Shown piece by piece: positions 32,713 through 34,942 of a stretch of 34,942 nt of DNA (position 1 is its first letter; every line of letters starts with the position of its first letter). The position numbers and the translations under genes were made by a program. The DNA is from an uncultured Spirochaetia bacterium. Lineage in GTDB: Bacteria > Spirochaetota > UBA6919. The notes beneath the pieces are model-generated. The model did not search any database. It saw nothing but the letters and a program-made list of their open reading frames with translations, and was not told the DNA's origin. The stretch spans positions 1 to 34,942 of the forward strand of contig CAJXGR010000002.1 in assembly GCA_913053665.1 (NCBI GenBank). The letters are read 5' to 3'.

Positions 32713-34356
32713 ATGAAAAAGATTCTACTCATCCATCCCAAATCACCAGAAACCTTCTGGCAACTGACTGGAGCTCTTGACATTACCAAGAGAAAAGCAG
32801 TGGTTCCACCTCTTGGGTTGGCAACTCTTGCGGCTATCACTCCTGATCATTATGAAGTCGAGATTATCGACGAAGAAATAGAGGACATAGATTTTGACAC
32901 ACCTTGTGACATTGTTGGGATCACGGGATACACCCTCCATGCCCATAGAATGCATGAAATCGCTAATGAGTTCAGGAAGAGAGGGGTATTAATTGTAGGA
33001 GGAGGACCCTATTGCACGGTTCACAAAGATGAATGCAAGGATCATTTTGATGTATTGGTCTGTGGAGAAGTCGAATTCATCTGGCCCCAGTTTTTATCCG
33101 AGTGGGAAAAAGGAGAACATAAGAACTATTACATAGAGACCGATAAAATATCCTTAGAGGCCACGCCTATCCCAAGATGGGACTTGGTTAAAATGGAGCA
33201 TTACTCTGGGAACATGGTTCAGACCTCACGGGGCTGTCCTTATGATTGTGAGTTTTGTGATGTAGTCGCACTTTTTGGGAGGAAAATGCGCTACAAGTCC
33301 TATGACCGAATCATTGAGGAAATCAGTATTATAGAACAAATGGGCCGAAGGGACCTGTTCCTCGCTGATGACAACTTCATCGGTAACAAACGTTTTGTTA
33401 AAGAACTCCTCCATAGACTCGTTGAGTTCAATAAAACAGTTAAAATACCCGTTCGCTTTATGACCCAGGTGACCCTGAATGTTGCTGAGGATGAAGACCT
33501 TCTGGATCTCTTTCAGGAAGCTAATTTCTATAGCTTCTTTATCGGGATTGAATCTCCTAGCAAAGAGAGTCTCATCGCAACAAACAAGGAACACAACGCT
33601 CGTCTTGATATGGTGGAAGCGATACGAAGGATTCACGCACGGGGTATGTTCATTGTCAGCGGGATGATTGTTGGTTTTGATACTGACGATATGGGTATCT
33701 TTGAAATGCAAAGAAAGTTTTTAAAAGAGACTGGACTTATTATCCCAATGCTAGGGATGCTCACAGCCCCTAAGGGAACCAAGTTATGGGATCGTCTGGA
33801 GAGTGAGGGTCGTCTGATCCCTAACCTGGAAACAGGTGATATGTTTGCTGAAACGAACTTCGTACCAAAACTCATAAAAAAAGAAGACCTGGAAACCAAT
33901 TATCTTCAACTTCTTCAAGATGTGTTTAGACCAGCCCATTTTGCTGAGGCCTTTAAGTCGATGATTGCTCAGGTGGAGGTTCAGAAGATCAAGAAGGATT
34001 CGTCTCTGGCCCGGATGATGGCTCTTTCTAACTTTTACCCTTATGCTCTTAAGGTGACATTCAGATTGATTTCTTACTATCTTTTTTCAGCCGGAAAAGC
34101 CAAACGAAAACTGTTCTTTACTGTGCTTAAGACTGCTGTAAAGAAAAGCATGCTATGTTTTCCCTTGGCCATAGAAGGTTTACTCTATTTTAAAGCCCTA
34201 AACGGCTTTGTGGAAAGCCATAAGATAGATTACTTTGAGCCAAGCCTCATCCAACAGACTCCTAGTGAGACAATTGCTGTGAATACACTGGTTTCAGAGG
34301 AACAGCTAGAAGGACATTTTGCTCAGCAAACGAATGAGAAAGTAGTGAAACATTAA
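32713..34356 (+). CDS. B12-binding-domain radical SAM protein with a DUF4070-like C-terminus
   Basis: N-terminal cobalamin-binding-like domain (ILLIHP...PPLGLATLAAITP...DIVGITG). Radical SAM CxxxCxxC (SRGCPYDCEFCDV). Long helical C-terminal extension. Confidence 0.9.
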   Translation: MKKILLIHPKSPETFWQLTGALDITKRKAVVPPLGLATLAAITPDHYEVEIIDEEIEDIDFDTPCDIVGITGYTLHAHRMHEIANEFRKRGVLIVGGGPYCTVHKDECKDHFDVLVCGEVEFIWPQFLSEWEKGEHKNYYIETDKISLEATPIPRWDLVKMEHYSGNMVQTSRGCPYDCEFCDVVALFGRKMRYKSYDRIIEEISIIEQMGRRDLFLADDNFIGNKRFVKELLHRLVEFNKTVKIPVRFMTQVTLNVAEDEDLLDLFQEANFYSFFIGIESPSKESLIATNKEHNARLDMVEAIRRIHARGMFIVSGMIVGFDTDDMGIFEMQRKFLKETGLIIPMLGMLTAPKGTKLWDRLESEGRLIPNLETGDMFAETNFVPKLIKKEDLETNYLQLLQDVFRPAHFAEAFKSMIAQVEVQKIKKDSSLARMMALSNFYPYALKVTFRLISYYLFSAGKAKRKLFFTVLKTAVKKSMLCFPLAIEGLLYFKALNGFVESHKIDYFEPSLIQQTPSETIAVNTLVSEEQLEGHFAQQTNEKVVKH

Positions 34357-34376
34357 TGTATAGAGCGGGAGATTCT

Positions 34377-34505
34377 TCATAGGGCAGTTTCTTCCTTCAG
34401 AATGACAAGACGCTGACCTGCTTTTTTTAAAATATCTGTTTGGCGACGTACTCTGCTATCCAGGCTAAAAGGAACATTTTCAATTAAAAAAAGTGCTTTT
34501 ACCAT
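34377..34505 (-). pseudogene. 42-codon stub resembling a GT4 glycosyltransferase N-terminus
   Basis: Not in the ORF track (too short). MVKALFLIENVPFSLDSRVRRQTDILKKAGQRLVIL matches the typical GT4 N-terminal pattern (FLIENVPFxLDxRVxRExxxLxxAGxxVxVI), then stops. Confidence 0.3.
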
Positions 34506-34724
34506 TAGTTACTCTCATATTGGTTTCATACTTGTATTTGTCCACCAGCACTATAATATAAAGGCAAGATTGCAATTAGTCTATGCTTAAATATCAATTG
34601 ATATTGCATGGTAAAACATAATTTTACGGTGTTTAAGATTTAGAATAGGATAATCTAAACTATTTAACAATATTTCATTATTTAAGAAGCCTGAAAAATG
34701 TAAATAAATGACTTGAGTGGCAAA

Positions 34725-34942
34725 ATGCAACGACAATTAGCTTTTAACGTATTAATTAAGAAAATCGAAAATACCTCATCAATATGTGCTGTAATTGGTC
34801 TTGGTTACATAGGCACTGAATTGATGCACGCATTGATTACAGCTGGGTTTAAAACTCATGGATATGACAGAAATTCTGATGCCGTTGAAAGATGTAAAGC
34901 AACTCTTAAACATTTACCAACCCTGGAGCCATGGACTGCGGA
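34725..34942 (+). CDS. Nucleotide-sugar (UDP-glucose/GDP-mannose family) dehydrogenase, N-terminal fragment (continues beyond the window)
   Basis: ICAVIGLGYIGTELMHALITAGFKTHGYDRNSDAV is the NAD-binding N-terminus typical of this family. The frame is open to the window end. Confidence 0.6.
   Translation, partial: MQRQLAFNVLIKKIENTSSICAVIGLGYIGTELMHALITAGFKTHGYDRNSDAVERCKATLKHLPTLEPWTA

Noticed and set aside
1-34942. Search by eye for tRNA, rRNA, CRISPR arrays, integrases, intact transposases and known defence-system hallmarks
   Set aside because: None were recognised. The intergenic regions are short apart from 8793-9089, 22022-22546 and 34357-34724, which are explained above. A proper tRNAscan, Infernal or defence-finder run was not possible.

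Overview
The window is a visibly AT-rich chromosomal segment from a diderm-type bacterium. Support for that: a lipobox lipoprotein, a Tat signal, SurA-N-like proteins and SppA. I cannot assign a taxon from the sequence alone. No rRNA, tRNA or CRISPR array was recognised.

Gene content, left to right:
1. A minus-strand operon of MacB-type ABC ATPase, FtsX permease, His-rich lipoprotein and a DUF3299-like protein (the last truncated by the window edge). This looks like a metal (zinc?) acquisition module. A Zur-box-like palindrome overlaps a TATAAT inside it.
2. A secreted LRR protein.
3. Decayed toxin-antitoxin material: an MNT nucleotidyltransferase, a 28-codon HEPN stub and an antitoxin-like ORF.
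4. A glycan-modification cluster: two CDP-paratose-epimerase-like SDRs, a GT2 and two polytopic membrane proteins. It is interrupted by a roughly 0.9 kb two-gene cassette flanked by a duplicated GT2 3' end.
5. A folate operon (FchA-like, FolD) translationally coupled to two unknown genes.
6. A SAM methyltransferase.
7. An ankyrin protein and a Uma2 endonuclease gene bracketed by a perfect 42-bp direct repeat that carries a promoter-like motif.
8. A tight minus-strand operon: sppA, a Tat-exported Fe-S aldo/keto reductase, an SDR, and a divergent full-length SecY paralog outside any ribosomal-protein context. I consider this the most interesting candidate for an undescribed system.
9. An IS110-like relic, aroC, and a group-1/2-like sigma-70 factor with a Lys-rich repeat tail.
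10. Two GC-rich palindromic elements that start with GTAG (REP-like), each at a convergent gene end.
11. A Maf (DUF115) glycosyltransferase next to a large secreted protein with a FixH/YtkA-like C-terminus.
12. A DUF427 protein, a guanylate kinase fused to a degenerate Nudix-like domain, and two paralogous SurA-N-like proteins.
13. A B12-binding radical SAM enzyme, a GT4 N-terminal stub and the start of a nucleotide-sugar dehydrogenase.

All family calls come from motif recognition by eye. None was verified by search.
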